A stretch of 64,000 bases of DNA from Myxococcota bacterium. GTDB taxonomy: Bacteria; Myxococcota_A; UBA796; CAJQPC01. Below the pieces are notes generated by a model. The model worked only from the letters and a program-made list of their open reading frames with translations, had not been told where the DNA came from and searched no databases. Each line of letters opens with the position of its first letter. Position 1 is the stretch's first letter. The stretch covers positions 160,001-224,000 of the forward strand of contig DASCPX010000027.1 of assembly GCA_036012755.1 (NCBI GenBank), in the 5' to 3' direction. The translations under genes were made by a program, and so were the position numbers. Shown here one piece after another: positions 29,795 to 39,550 of this stretch.

Positions 29795-30522
29795 AGCTGT
29801 GTCTCCAGGGCTTCGAGGGCCTCGGCGGGGTCCGCGGTGAACAGCAGCAGCCCGCGCCAGACCCACTTCTGCCAGTGGTAGTCGGAGATGCGTCCCTGGG
29901 CCACGGCGAGGTGGCAGCGGGGGAGCTCCCCACCGTAGACCTCTGAGAGCTCGTCGAAGATGAGATCGAACTCCTCCTCGTCTGGTCGGTAGCCGACGAA
30001 AAAGCAGACCGTCTTGCGCAGCACCCGCCGCGCGTCCTTGGCGACGCCGGACAGGCGGCTCTCGTCCGCGTCGGTCAGCAGGAGTGTCTCGGGCCGCTCG
30101 AAGCCACCCCAAAGCTTGTAGACGAGGAGCTTGCCTTCCACTGGCTCGGGGATCGGGTCGCCGGCGTACCGGACCTCCACATCGACCCCGGACTCGACGG
30201 CGGCCCGCTCGAGGAGGTCGTCCCAGCAGGTGGTGAAGATGCGCGGGAACATGCGCACCGCCGCGCGGTGGAAGGCGCCCGGTTCTCCCCCGCCGATGCG
30301 TTCCTGGAGGGCCGAGATCAGGGAGTCCCGACCGCGCCGAGCCGCAAAAGCCGACGATGCCTCCCGGAGCGCTTTGCGGCCCTCGAGCATGCGGGCGAGC
30401 CCTCGCTGGTCCGGGTACTCGGCTCCGGCCTGCTCGACCGCCTCGAGGCTCGCGCGACGACCCACGAAGAGCGCGCAGCGGCGCTGCCGGGTGGCATCGA
30501 CGACCTCGATGGGGACGTTCAC
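29791..30522 (-). CDS. Degenerate SIR2-like (SIR2_2) protein
   Basis: LFVGRRAS, IFTTCWDDLLE, YKLWGG, FFVGY correspond to the SIR2_2 motifs FVGAG.S, TTNYD, KLHG, FIGY. Confidence 0.65.
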   Translation of the reverse strand: MNVPIEVVDATRQRRCALFVGRRASLEAVEQAGAEYPDQRGLARMLEGRKALREASSAFAARRGRDSLISALQERIGGGEPGAFHRAAVRMFPRIFTTCWDDLLERAAVESGVDVEVRYAGDPIPEPVEGKLLVYKLWGGFERPETLLLTDADESRLSGVAKDARRVLRKTVCFFVGYRPDEEEFDLIFDELSEVYGGELPRCHLAVAQGRISDYHWQKWVWRGLLLFTADPAEALEALETQL

Positions 30523-31505
30523 GCGACCGCCGCGACCGCCGCAGCGAGAGCATCCCGGTCGCGAACGACAGCTCCCATCTGCGCCACGGCCAGCGCAGCC
30601 ACCCGGGAGCCGAGGTCTCCGCTGCGCCCGGGCTCCCAGCCCTTGCACCAGCCGTAGAGGTAGCCGGCGGCGAAGCTGTCCCCCGCACCGGTGGTGTCGA
30701 CAGCGGTCGTCTCGTAGACCTGCACCTTCGCGATCTGGCCGTCCTGGGCGACCAGGGAGCCACGCCGGCCCATCTTCACGATCACCGTGGACGCCCGCGC
30801 AGCGAGCTCCACGATGGCCTCCTCAGGACCCAGTCCGGTGACAGCGCGAGCCTCCTCCTCGTTGAGGAAGACGATGTCGGCTTCGTCGATCGCCGCGTCC
30901 ATGCGCCCCCTGACGGCGTCGATGACGAAGGGGTCGGCGACGTCGAGGCTGACGGGGACCCTGTGGTCCTTCGCAAAGCGCATGGCCCGCTGCGCCGCCT
31001 GGACCATCGGCCCGCCCAGGAAGAGGTAGCCGGTGACGTGGAGCACACGGCAGGCCTCGATGATGCCCTCGAAGTCGCCGAGGTCGCTGAGCTCCACCGC
31101 GCAGCCGAGATCCGTGACCATGGTGCGCTCGGCGTCCCTTGCCGAGATGAGCGACAGGCACTTGCCGGTGTTCCCAGCCCCGGAGAGCTGCAGCGCGTGT
31201 CCGCCACAGGCCTCCTCGACGCTGCCTCGGTAGAGGGCCCCGAACGCGTCGTCGGCGACCTGTCCGCAGAAGCGGGCGCCGAGTCCCATGAGACCGAGGG
31301 TGGCGATCGTGTTCGCGCAGCTCCCGCCCGACTGGATCTCGACGCCGTGGTGACGGGCCCTCTCGAAGATCTCCACCCACTCGTCGTGGGGTCGTGGGTG
31401 CATGTGGCCGCGTTCGAGCTCGAGCTCGCTCAACAGGCGGTCGTCGGGCAGGCGGACCAGGGCATCGACCAGGGCGTTGCCGAGACCGGCGACATCGTGC
31501 TTCAC
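30519..31505 (-). CDS. PfkB-family (adenosine kinase-like) kinase
   Basis: GNALVD, GGSCANT, FLNEEEA, DTTGAGDSFAAG. Confidence 0.92.
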   Translation of the reverse strand: MKHDVAGLGNALVDALVRLPDDRLLSELELERGHMHPRPHDEWVEIFERARHHGVEIQSGGSCANTIATLGLMGLGARFCGQVADDAFGALYRGSVEEACGGHALQLSGAGNTGKCLSLISARDAERTMVTDLGCAVELSDLGDFEGIIEACRVLHVTGYLFLGGPMVQAAQRAMRFAKDHRVPVSLDVADPFVIDAVRGRMDAAIDEADIVFLNEEEARAVTGLGPEEAIVELAARASTVIVKMGRRGSLVAQDGQIAKVQVYETTAVDTTGAGDSFAAGYLYGWCKGWEPGRSGDLGSRVAALAVAQMGAVVRDRDALAAAVAAVA

Positions 31506-31554
31506 ACGTCCTCCAGGATGAGTCCGCCCTAATCAGCCCTGGTACCCTCGGCAC

Positions 31555-32589
31555 GTGGCCCGCAGGCTCCCTTGGAAGGCCATCGTCGGCGTCGTGGTCT
31601 CGCTGGCGTTTTCTGTGCTCTTCCTCTGGAGCGTGGAGTGGGATGCGCTCACCGGCGCCCTCTCCGATGTGCATGGTGTGCCCGTCCTTTTCGCCTGCTG
31701 CCTGCTGCTGGGCGAGTTCGTCCTCCGGGCCGTTCGCTGGAAGGTGCTGCTGCGACCGGTGGCTCCAGAGGCCAGGGTGCGTGACCTCTTCGTCGCGACC
31801 GTCATCGGCGCCGCGGCGAACACGCTCCTCCCCCTGCGCGCCGGAGAGATCGCCAAGCCGCTGGTCGCATCCCGGAAGACCGGCGCCGCGTTCGTGCCCG
31901 TGTTGGCGACGGCCGTGATGGAGCGCGTCTACGACATCTTCGGCCTGTTGACCGTCTTGTTGACCATGGTGCTCGTCCTTCCTCGGGACCCCGGGCGGAG
32001 CGCCGAAGACGCCGTCCTGGTCTCGAACCTGAAGCTCTACGGTGGCCTCTTCGGCACCGCCGCGTTGATCGCGATGATCGTCTTCTTCGCGCTGGCGAGC
32101 CGCGGTAAGGACGCCAAGGCCCTCTTCGGCCGCATCACCTCGATCGCTCCGGCCCCCATCGCGAAGAGGCTCGACGAGCTCTTCGACGGCTTCGTCACCG
32201 GTCTTGGAAACGCTCGGGACCCCAAGGGGCTCCTGCAGGCTGCCGCGGTGAGCGTCGCCATCTGGTTCAACGGCGCGCTGGCCATCTACGTGCTGTTCCA
32301 GGCCTTCGAGCTCGACCTGCCCCTCGGCGCGGCCTGCTTCACCGCCGTGGCCATCGCCCTCACCGTGGCGGTGCCCCAGGCCCCCGGCTTCCTGGGGGTC
32401 TTCCACGTCGCCATCCAGAAGACGATGGAGCTCTGGGACGTGGATCCCACCCACGCGAAGGCCTTCGCCATCATCTTCTGGGGGGTGTCCTTCCTTCCCG
32501 TTACGCTGATGGGACTCGTCGCGATGTGGTCAGAGGGGCTCAGCCTCGGCGGCCTCTGGTCAAAACGGCGAGGAGGAGACGAACCATGA
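31555..32589 (+). CDS. Lysylphosphatidylglycerol synthase TM / flippase-like (UPF0104) protein
   Basis: RAVRWKVLL, NTLLPLRAGE, ERVYD, PQAPGFLGVFH. Confidence 0.85.
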   Translation: MARRLPWKAIVGVVVSLAFSVLFLWSVEWDALTGALSDVHGVPVLFACCLLLGEFVLRAVRWKVLLRPVAPEARVRDLFVATVIGAAANTLLPLRAGEIAKPLVASRKTGAAFVPVLATAVMERVYDIFGLLTVLLTMVLVLPRDPGRSAEDAVLVSNLKLYGGLFGTAALIAMIVFFALASRGKDAKALFGRITSIAPAPIAKRLDELFDGFVTGLGNARDPKGLLQAAAVSVAIWFNGALAIYVLFQAFELDLPLGAACFTAVAIALTVAVPQAPGFLGVFHVAIQKTMELWDVDPTHAKAFAIIFWGVSFLPVTLMGLVAMWSEGLSLGGLWSKRRGGDEP

Positions 32590-33299
32590 CCCTCCTGATG
32601 CTCCTTGCCTGCGGCGACAAGGACCCGGACGATCCCACCACGGACGACAGCAGCGTCGAGGGTGACACCGACACCGACACGGACGCTGACACCGACACCG
32701 ACACCGACACCGACGTGCCCCAGTCCGACGCCTCGGGTGACATCGAGCTCCGAGACGGCACGATCGGCGGGGATGTCGCGATCACAAAGGCCTTCTCGTA
32801 CAGCACCGACCAGGCCATCTTCGTCTACGCCTCGTCCAGTCCGGATGCCTCGTGTGACGTGCTCGACGAACTGTTCGACCCCGAGAACCGGGATCCGGTG
32901 AACCGCGGCCCGCTGTTCGCCGAGGGCCAATGCAACGTGAGCTTCAGCATGGTCGGAGGCATGGAGGTCGCCGCCTACGACATCCAGACGGACAGCGGTG
33001 GGACCGTCCAGGCGAACTGCGCCTTCGGCGAGGGCGAGTGGGAGTACGTCTCTACTGGCGACGAGGGCTACTACTGGAGCGGCGAGTACTACGAGGCCAG
33101 CGCCTGGAAGGGTGACTTCAGCATCGTCTGGCTCGATCAGTCGGAGGCCTCGATGCAGCTCGACCTCGACCTCCGCGAGTGGGAGGGCACGTTCCCCTAC
33201 TCATCCGAGCGCACTGACGAGTACAAGGCCTCAGGCAAGGTCGACGGCACGATCTACACGGAACACTGCGACGGGCTCAAGAACGTAGGGCTCTTCTGA
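32586..33299 (+). CDS. Lipoprotein with (DT)n linker
   Basis: ATGA overlap; MTLLMLLA-CGDK. Confidence 0.7.
   Translation: MTLLMLLACGDKDPDDPTTDDSSVEGDTDTDTDADTDTDTDTDVPQSDASGDIELRDGTIGGDVAITKAFSYSTDQAIFVYASSSPDASCDVLDELFDPENRDPVNRGPLFAEGQCNVSFSMVGGMEVAAYDIQTDSGGTVQANCAFGEGEWEYVSTGDEGYYWSGEYYEASAWKGDFSIVWLDQSEASMQLDLDLREWEGTFPYSSERTDEYKASGKVDGTIYTEHCDGLKNVGLF
32664..32714 (+). repeat. (GACACC)n coding microsatellite encoding DTDTDTDADTDTDTDTD
   Basis: Imperfect hexamer tandem seen directly. Confidence 0.85.
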
Positions 33300-34705
33300 G
33301 GGAGTTCGCGGCGGTCGCTGCCCTCGCTGTCGCCTGGGCGCTGCTCCCGGCCCTCCCCGCCCTCTTCGCAGGCGAGCTGCTCGGCTCGCCCCATACGGAT
33401 CTCTACCCCTCGGTCTGGGGGATGTGGTGGTTCGCCTCGGAGCAGCCCGGCCTGCCCTTGCACACGACACAGCTGGGCGCGCCGGAGGGCATGCCCTTCT
33501 ACTACTCCTCGCCCATCCACGGGTGGCTCGCCTGGCCGCTGATTCCGCTTTTCGGGGTCGCCGGGACCTGGAACGTGCTCGTCGTGCTGGCCCGGATCGC
33601 GACGCCGCTGTGCGCCTTCTTCGCCGGCAGGGCCTGGGGCCTCGAACGAACCGGCGCCCTCGTCGCCGCGGCGGTCTACGGGTGCTCGCCCTTTTTCCAT
33701 GGCTTCGCCGTGGAGGGCATCGTGGAGGGCCTCGACGGCTGGACCCTGCCCCTGTTCCTGTGGGCCCACTTCCGCGGGCGACGCCTCCTGGCGGTGCTTG
33801 CCTTCGCGCTGGTGGTGGTGAGCAGCTGGTACCTGGGCGCCGTGGTCTGCCTGCTCGCTCTGTGCCTGGGCCGGAGGGCCTGGCCCTCCGCGCTGGTGGG
33901 GCTCCTGCTCGCCAGCCCGTTGGTCTGGGCCTTCGGCATGGCCTTCCCGGAGAGCGCCGCCGTGCCAGCCGAGGTGAGGGCCATGATGGGCACCTCCGTC
34001 CTGCCCGGAGTCCCGGGCATCCTCGCCGACAACCCCTTCGCGAAGACCTCCTGGATCGGCCTGACCGCCCCGGTCCTGGCGCTGGTCGTCGTGCGTGAGA
34101 GGCGCCTGGTAGCCGGCCTCCTCGCTGTCTTCTGGGTGCTCTCCCTGGGACTCGGACCCGATCTCCCCGGGCTCTCCTCGCTCCGCTTCCCCTACAGGCT
34201 CCACGCCGGGGTGCTGGTCCTGCTCGCCGGGTTGGCGGGGCTGGGCGCTCAGCGCTGGTCCTGGGGTGCCTGGCTCGCTCCGCTCATCGTCGTCGAGGGG
34301 CTGCTGTTGTCCCCCATCGAGCCGCTGATCCCGGGCGCCCCCGCCGAGATGCACCCGATCTACGACGAGCTGCCCGATGGGGACATGCTCCTCGACATCC
34401 CCGGACCCCTGGCGATGCCACCGGGGCAGATCAACCCCTCACGTCCACGGGCTCGCTGGTTCCTCTACCAGCAGGTCTTCCACGGGCGAGCCTCGCCCTG
34501 GATCCCGGACTTCAACGGGGTCGGCGTGGCGGCAGACGATGGCCTCGACGCGGTCCGAGCGCTGGATCCGCACGGTCCGGACAGCGACGACGATCTGCGG
34601 ATCGACGCCGAGTTGGTGGTCGTCCACGGCCTGGACCTCGAGCTCCCCGGCTTCGTCGAGGTCGACGAGGTCGACGGCAAGCGGCTCCTTCAGCGAATCC
34701 GCTGA
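33296..34705 (+). CDS. Polytopic membrane protein (GT-C glycosyltransferase-like); probable CTG start
   Basis: Frame is open upstream of ATG 33422 and encodes a TM helix plus GSPHTDLYPSVWGMWW; RFPYR motif. Confidence 0.6.
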   Translation: MREFAAVAALAVAWALLPALPALFAGELLGSPHTDLYPSVWGMWWFASEQPGLPLHTTQLGAPEGMPFYYSSPIHGWLAWPLIPLFGVAGTWNVLVVLARIATPLCAFFAGRAWGLERTGALVAAAVYGCSPFFHGFAVEGIVEGLDGWTLPLFLWAHFRGRRLLAVLAFALVVVSSWYLGAVVCLLALCLGRRAWPSALVGLLLASPLVWAFGMAFPESAAVPAEVRAMMGTSVLPGVPGILADNPFAKTSWIGLTAPVLALVVVRERRLVAGLLAVFWVLSLGLGPDLPGLSSLRFPYRLHAGVLVLLAGLAGLGAQRWSWGAWLAPLIVVEGLLLSPIEPLIPGAPAEMHPIYDELPDGDMLLDIPGPLAMPPGQINPSRPRARWFLYQQVFHGRASPWIPDFNGVGVAADDGLDAVRALDPHGPDSDDDLRIDAELVVVHGLDLELPGFVEVDEVDGKRLLQRIR

Positions 34706-36666
34706 TCGAGGACGAACGCCAGGTGGTCGGTGGTGTAGGGCGCCTCGGCGAGCACCAGCGTCCAGTTCAACCGCGCGGCGCTCGAGCGGGGCAGCGACAG
34801 CCACACCTTCTCCTCGCCGCCGGCGTGCATCACGACGTCGATGGCGTCGATGGCAGGCTCGGCGTGCAGGAGCACCCGACTGCAGCCGAAGAGCACGCTC
34901 ATGGCATCGGAGAGGTCGTCGGAGTGCACCTCGGAGCCGTCGAGGTCGAAGCGAAACACGATCGCGGTGGGGCTCCTCTGCACGGATAGCGATGCAGACG
35001 AGCCGCCGGAGAGGCCGACGCGGTGTGGCGAGCCGCCCATGAACACGCTCGCCTCTGCTACGTGGAGCCGCCAGCCGATGAGCTCCGTCGGCATCTCCGT
35101 GCTCCCGATGAAAGCCCTTGCCAGCGCGACCGGGTCCTTCCGGGCGAGCTCGGAGACGCGCTCGGGCCCCTCGAGGACGTTCACGAGGAGCTGGACGCGA
35201 TGCAGCATCGCCCTGCGCTCTTGGAGCGGGGAACCGCCCGCCCGGAGCACCTCGACGACGTCATACTCGGGCAGCGGCTCGGCGCTGGGAAGAGGCGAGA
35301 TGATTCGCCCACCGGCGCGGACCTCCTCGACCGCCAGCTCGACAGTGCGGAGGTAGGTCCGGTAGATCCCGAGCGACTCGCGACGGGACAGCCGCGCCTC
35401 TCGCGACCACATGTCCACCGGTTGGAGCATGGACCGCAGCCCCTCTGTGTCGGCGAGCAGCGCGCGAACCGCTGCGTTCTGGTTCTGGAGCGCCTGGTCC
35501 AGCACCGTCATGGACCAGAGTCGCGCGTCCAGACTGCCCTGCTCCTCATCGCGCGCACCGACCACCAGGCCCTCCAGCGGCACGATGTCGCCCTCCGCCA
35601 CCGCAGCGAGGACTTCGGTCTCCGCGCTCTGCTTGAAGCCACGGCCGGCATGGAAGAGCGCCAGCGGCGCTTCGTCGCGCGAGGAACCGCGCGCCTTGAG
35701 GTCCACGAGCAGTGACTCGGCCTTGCGCTGGCGCATGTCCACGACCGCGCTCCTGACACCGGGAGACAGCTCCTCGGCGCGCCCCAGATCGCGCATCGCC
35801 CCGGCTGGCTGGAGGCGCTCGAAGCGCTGGTGCGCCCGCTTGAGGTAGAGCCCAGCCAGCAGGGTCGGGTCGCCGCTTCCGAGCGCGCGAGCCCTCTCCA
35901 GCTCTGTTATCGCCGAGTCGAGGTCGTTGGACGAGGCCGCCCGGCGGGCGATGGCCTCGTGGGCGCGGGCCTCGACCAGCCGCGTCCGGGCGCTCGGGTC
36001 CACGTCCCGGGCTCGAGCCAGGAGCTCGATGGCGTACTCCGGCCGGCCGTCGACGATCGCGTCCTCCGCAGCGTTGATGGCGCGACTCGACAGGCGGGCC
36101 CGGGCCTTTCGCTCGGCGTCGGTGTCCGGCCAGTCACGCGCGAAGCTCAACAGCTGTCCGTCGGTCGGCTTGCGGCCCATCTCCTCGTAGCTGTCCCAGG
36201 CGTCGGCCTGGTAGCGGAGCTCCTCGACCTCCGGGGCCATCGGTCCGCGAGGAAACCAGTCGAGGTAGTCATCGCAGATCGCGACGCTCGGGTCGTCCTG
36301 GATGCGCTCCCACAGCGCGATCTCGCCACGCTCGAAGGCCTCCTCCGCGAAGGGCGTCATGCCGGGGACGTCGAGCGCCGCCCTGATCACGTCGAAGTTG
36401 CTCGGGTCGCCCATGGCCCCCAGGACGAGCAGGGCCCGCGGCCCCTCGGGGCGATTGCGCAGCACGGCCTCTCGCAGCGGAGCCACCGCGGGCGGACCGA
36501 GCACCAGCAACTCCCGGTACGCCGTTCTCCAGATGAGCTCGTCATCTGATTTCAGCGTCTTGACGAGCTTCTCGGCTGCGACCGGGTCGGTGCTCGCCGC
36601 ATCAGCGAGAGCCTCGACCTGTTCGGGGTAGCGCGGCAGGCAAGCGATCAAGAGGAGCCAGAACAC
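34690..36666 (-). CDS. HEAT/TPR-repeat lipoprotein
   Basis: MFWLLLIA-C; LGPPAVAPLREAV HEAT-like; YLDWFPRGP; TPR helices. Confidence 0.65.
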   Translation of the reverse strand: MFWLLLIACLPRYPEQVEALADAASTDPVAAEKLVKTLKSDDELIWRTAYRELLVLGPPAVAPLREAVLRNRPEGPRALLVLGAMGDPSNFDVIRAALDVPGMTPFAEEAFERGEIALWERIQDDPSVAICDDYLDWFPRGPMAPEVEELRYQADAWDSYEEMGRKPTDGQLLSFARDWPDTDAERKARARLSSRAINAAEDAIVDGRPEYAIELLARARDVDPSARTRLVEARAHEAIARRAASSNDLDSAITELERARALGSGDPTLLAGLYLKRAHQRFERLQPAGAMRDLGRAEELSPGVRSAVVDMRQRKAESLLVDLKARGSSRDEAPLALFHAGRGFKQSAETEVLAAVAEGDIVPLEGLVVGARDEEQGSLDARLWSMTVLDQALQNQNAAVRALLADTEGLRSMLQPVDMWSREARLSRRESLGIYRTYLRTVELAVEEVRAGGRIISPLPSAEPLPEYDVVEVLRAGGSPLQERRAMLHRVQLLVNVLEGPERVSELARKDPVALARAFIGSTEMPTELIGWRLHVAEASVFMGGSPHRVGLSGGSSASLSVQRSPTAIVFRFDLDGSEVHSDDLSDAMSVLFGCSRVLLHAEPAIDAIDVVMHAGGEEKVWLSLPRSSAARLNWTLVLAEAPYTTDHLAFVLDQRIR

Positions 36667-36767
36667 TGTCGTCTCCTAGCTCTCCGGACAATTCCTGCAC
36701 AGGACTGTAAGGAACTCCGATCACCCTGCGTTGTCGGCCTGAGACATCTCTAGTCAAGGAGTCCTCC

Positions 36768-38174
36768 ATGCAGCGCTGGCAGCTCACCGCGGGTCTCGGC
36801 GTCATCGCCGCCCTCGCTGCGGTCCTCGCCCCCACCCTGAAGGCCAGCGTCACCAACGCGCCCGAGACGATGGAGGTGGGTCCCCACCTGACCGAGATCG
36901 AGCTCCCGACCAGCCCGGTCACGGTCGAGCAGGGCAACCTGACGCTCACCGCTGGGCTCGATCACCCGGCGGTGCTCGACGGACGAACGCAGGACAGGCT
37001 GCTCGTCATCACCGTCGGCGCCGACGACCTCGACGAGGGCCTCGATCGGCCCGTCAACGTGGCTGTGGTGATGGATCGCTCGGGATCCATGCAGGCCAAG
37101 GGCAAGATGGAGTACGCGAAGACCGCGGCGCGCGAACTCGTCGAGTCCCTCGACGCAGACGATCGCTTCTCTCTCGTGACCTTCAGCGACCGCGCAGAGC
37201 TGGTCGTCGCCTCACAGACCATCAGTGATTCCGCTTACCTCCTCCGCACAATCAATGGAGTACGTGAAGGTGGCGGGACCAACCTCTACGAAGGACTGCG
37301 GAGCGGCCTGACCCAGGTGCGCAGCTACAGCGGCGACGACCAGGTCAACCGGGTCATCGTCCTCTCCGACGGCAAGGCAAACGTCGGCGTGACCTCCGCG
37401 AGCAGCCTCTCCAGCCTCGCCGGCCAGTACAACGACGAAGGGATCCGGGTCAGCACCATCGGCCTCGGCCTCGACTACAACGAGGACCTCCTCGCCGCCA
37501 TGGCCGATCGCGGAGGCGGCACCTACCGCTTCGTCAACGACCCGGACGTGCTCACCACGGTCTTCCGCGAGGAGCTCCACCAGATGAACCAGGTCGCCGC
37601 CAGCGGCGTCTCCATCGACGTGCGGCTCCCCGGAGCCGAGCTGGTCGAGGTCTATGGCTACGACGAGCAGTTCGTCGACGGAGGCTTCCGCGTGTGGCTC
37701 GGTGACGTCTACGGTGGCCAGACCCGGAAGATCGTCGCGAAGGTGCGCGTCAGCGGAGTCGGGGTCGGATCCGAGCTGACGGCCTCCACCGTCACCCTGT
37801 CCGAGTCCGGTGCCGTGGCCTCCTACGTCGAGCCGGTCGAGGTCAAGGCCCAGGTCGTCGCATCGCAACAGACCGTGGACATGACAGTCAACCGCGAGCT
37901 CGCCGTGCTCGGGAACTTCGCCGCCGCCGGGCAGCTCGCGGACGACGCCGCCCAGGCCTATGCCCTGGGGGACCGCGACAGGAGCGAGGAGCTCCTGGAG
38001 GCCTCCAACCTCGTCGCCGGTGAGGCGGCCAGTCGCTACGACAGCAACCGGCTGCGCCAGCAGAGCGCGGAGCTCATCGTCCAGACCGAGGACTACCAGG
38101 CGGAGCCGAGCTCGGACGAGGGGCGCTACGCCGTGAAGAAGAACAAGGAGGCAAACCGTGGCTGGTACTACTGA
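36768..38174 (+). CDS. VWA-domain protein (YfbK-like)
   Basis: MIDAS DRSGSM, GGTNL, LSDGKANVG; AAGGAG SD. Confidence 0.88.
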   Translation: MQRWQLTAGLGVIAALAAVLAPTLKASVTNAPETMEVGPHLTEIELPTSPVTVEQGNLTLTAGLDHPAVLDGRTQDRLLVITVGADDLDEGLDRPVNVAVVMDRSGSMQAKGKMEYAKTAARELVESLDADDRFSLVTFSDRAELVVASQTISDSAYLLRTINGVREGGGTNLYEGLRSGLTQVRSYSGDDQVNRVIVLSDGKANVGVTSASSLSSLAGQYNDEGIRVSTIGLGLDYNEDLLAAMADRGGGTYRFVNDPDVLTTVFREELHQMNQVAASGVSIDVRLPGAELVEVYGYDEQFVDGGFRVWLGDVYGGQTRKIVAKVRVSGVGVGSELTASTVTLSESGAVASYVEPVEVKAQVVASQQTVDMTVNRELAVLGNFAAAGQLADDAAQAYALGDRDRSEELLEASNLVAGEAASRYDSNRLRQQSAELIVQTEDYQAEPSSDEGRYAVKKNKEANRGWYY

Positions 38175-39225
38175 GGTCCTCGCGCCGACTACCCACGGCG
38201 CCTTTTCCATCGCGCTCCCAGGACGGACCATCGCACGGGACGTCGTGGCCTACGCCGCTGGCTTCACCGCCAGCTTCGCCTGGGCGGCCGGCCTCGGCTT
38301 CGTCGACAGCCACCCCGAGCTGTCCTTTGCCGGATCGCTCGCCCTTGGCCTGGTCGCCAGCGTCCCCCGCAAGATCCTGTGGACCCCGATCGCCTTGGCT
38401 GCCGGCATCGGCATGGCGTGGCTCGCCGCACCTCTGGGGGTGCCATCGGTGGTGCTCGCCGGGGCAGCCGTGGGGCTCGTCGCCGCTTGGATTCGCGGCC
38501 TGGACCAGGGCCGTCTGGATCTGCTCAACGGCGCGCTCTCAGGGGCTATCGCCGCCGCCGTCGCCGGTACGGTGTTCGTGCTCGGACTGCTCGGTGACAT
38601 CCACCCCGTCGCCAACTTCGCCCTCGTCGGACTCGCGGCTTCCCTGTCGCTGGCTCCGACCTGGTTTCGCTTCAAGGCCCGGAGCGAGGTCCCTTCCCGG
38701 AAGAAGGTGGAGCTCACCCTGGAGCCGCCGTACCGCAAGCCGGTCCTGCGCGCCTTGGAGCTCCACGGCCAGCTGCGGGCAGCGAAGCCACCGGAGGAGA
38801 TGATGGAGGGCCTCCACGAGGTCGTCGGGTGGGTCTACCGCCTGGCCCAGTCGCTCCAGACGCTGGGTCGCGACGTCGAAGCCCTCGACGAGGAGAAGCT
38901 CATCGAGCGCGTGGAGCTGTTGCAGATGGAGGCGGATGAGACAGAGGACGAGTTCCTCCGGGATCGCCGCTACGCCACCGCGGAGCACCTCCGCAAGCTC
39001 CTCCAGCACGCCCAGCAGCTGCGCCTCGAGCAGGAGCGCACCGCGTCGCTCCAGGAATACGCCATCGCCTACCTCGAGGAAGCGCGGCTCGGGCTCACGC
39101 TGGCCCGTGCCCTCCCGGGTGAGCAAGCCCCCGTGCGCCTCAACGAGGTGCTCGACAAGCTGCGCGGTCACGCGCGAGAAGGCGACGTGCGCCGCCGGAC
39201 CGCCCGCGAGGTCGGCCTCAGCTAG
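38158..39225 (+). CDS. Membrane protein with C-terminal coiled-coil region
   Basis: Several N-terminal TM segments, charged helical C-terminus; overlaps the VWA gene end. Confidence 0.7.
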   Translation: MAGTTEVLAPTTHGAFSIALPGRTIARDVVAYAAGFTASFAWAAGLGFVDSHPELSFAGSLALGLVASVPRKILWTPIALAAGIGMAWLAAPLGVPSVVLAGAAVGLVAAWIRGLDQGRLDLLNGALSGAIAAAVAGTVFVLGLLGDIHPVANFALVGLAASLSLAPTWFRFKARSEVPSRKKVELTLEPPYRKPVLRALELHGQLRAAKPPEEMMEGLHEVVGWVYRLAQSLQTLGRDVEALDEEKLIERVELLQMEADETEDEFLRDRRYATAEHLRKLLQHAQQLRLEQERTASLQEYAIAYLEEARLGLTLARALPGEQAPVRLNEVLDKLRGHAREGDVRRRTAREVGLS

Positions 39226-39550
39226 CCAGGACCTCGCTGAACCACCCCTCTGGCTCCCTGTCGTTCAAGTCGACGGAGTGTCGGGCCTCGCCCACCCAGA
39301 CTCGGGCCTTCGGTCCTCCGAAGCCGGCGGTCAGCCGCACCTTCACGCGGCGCCCGTCGATCTCGCCCTCACCGGCGAAGGAGGCCCCGAACCCTGCCTC
39401 CTCGATGGCGAAGGGGATCGCCTCGGCGTATGGCCGCAGCGCGGAGCGCCAGAGCATGTTCGCCAGCGCGACGATCCAGAACGCAGCTACGCTGATGACG
39501 ATGCCTGCGAGGACACCGCTGAGGTAGGGCTCGTCGATATACTGGCTCAC
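39218..39550 (-). CDS. Small single-TM protein
   Basis: GTGA overlap with upstream gene; one TM segment. Confidence 0.6.
   Translation of the reverse strand: MSQYIDEPYLSGVLAGIVISVAAFWIVALANMLWRSALRPYAEAIPFAIEEAGFGASFAGEGEIDGRRVKVRLTAGFGGPKARVWVGEARHSVDLNDREPEGWFSEVLAS

Noticed and set aside
29791..30522. SIR2 gene as an anti-phage system (Thoeris/DSR/pAgo)
   Set aside because: Catalytic residues absent, no partner defence genes, housekeeping context
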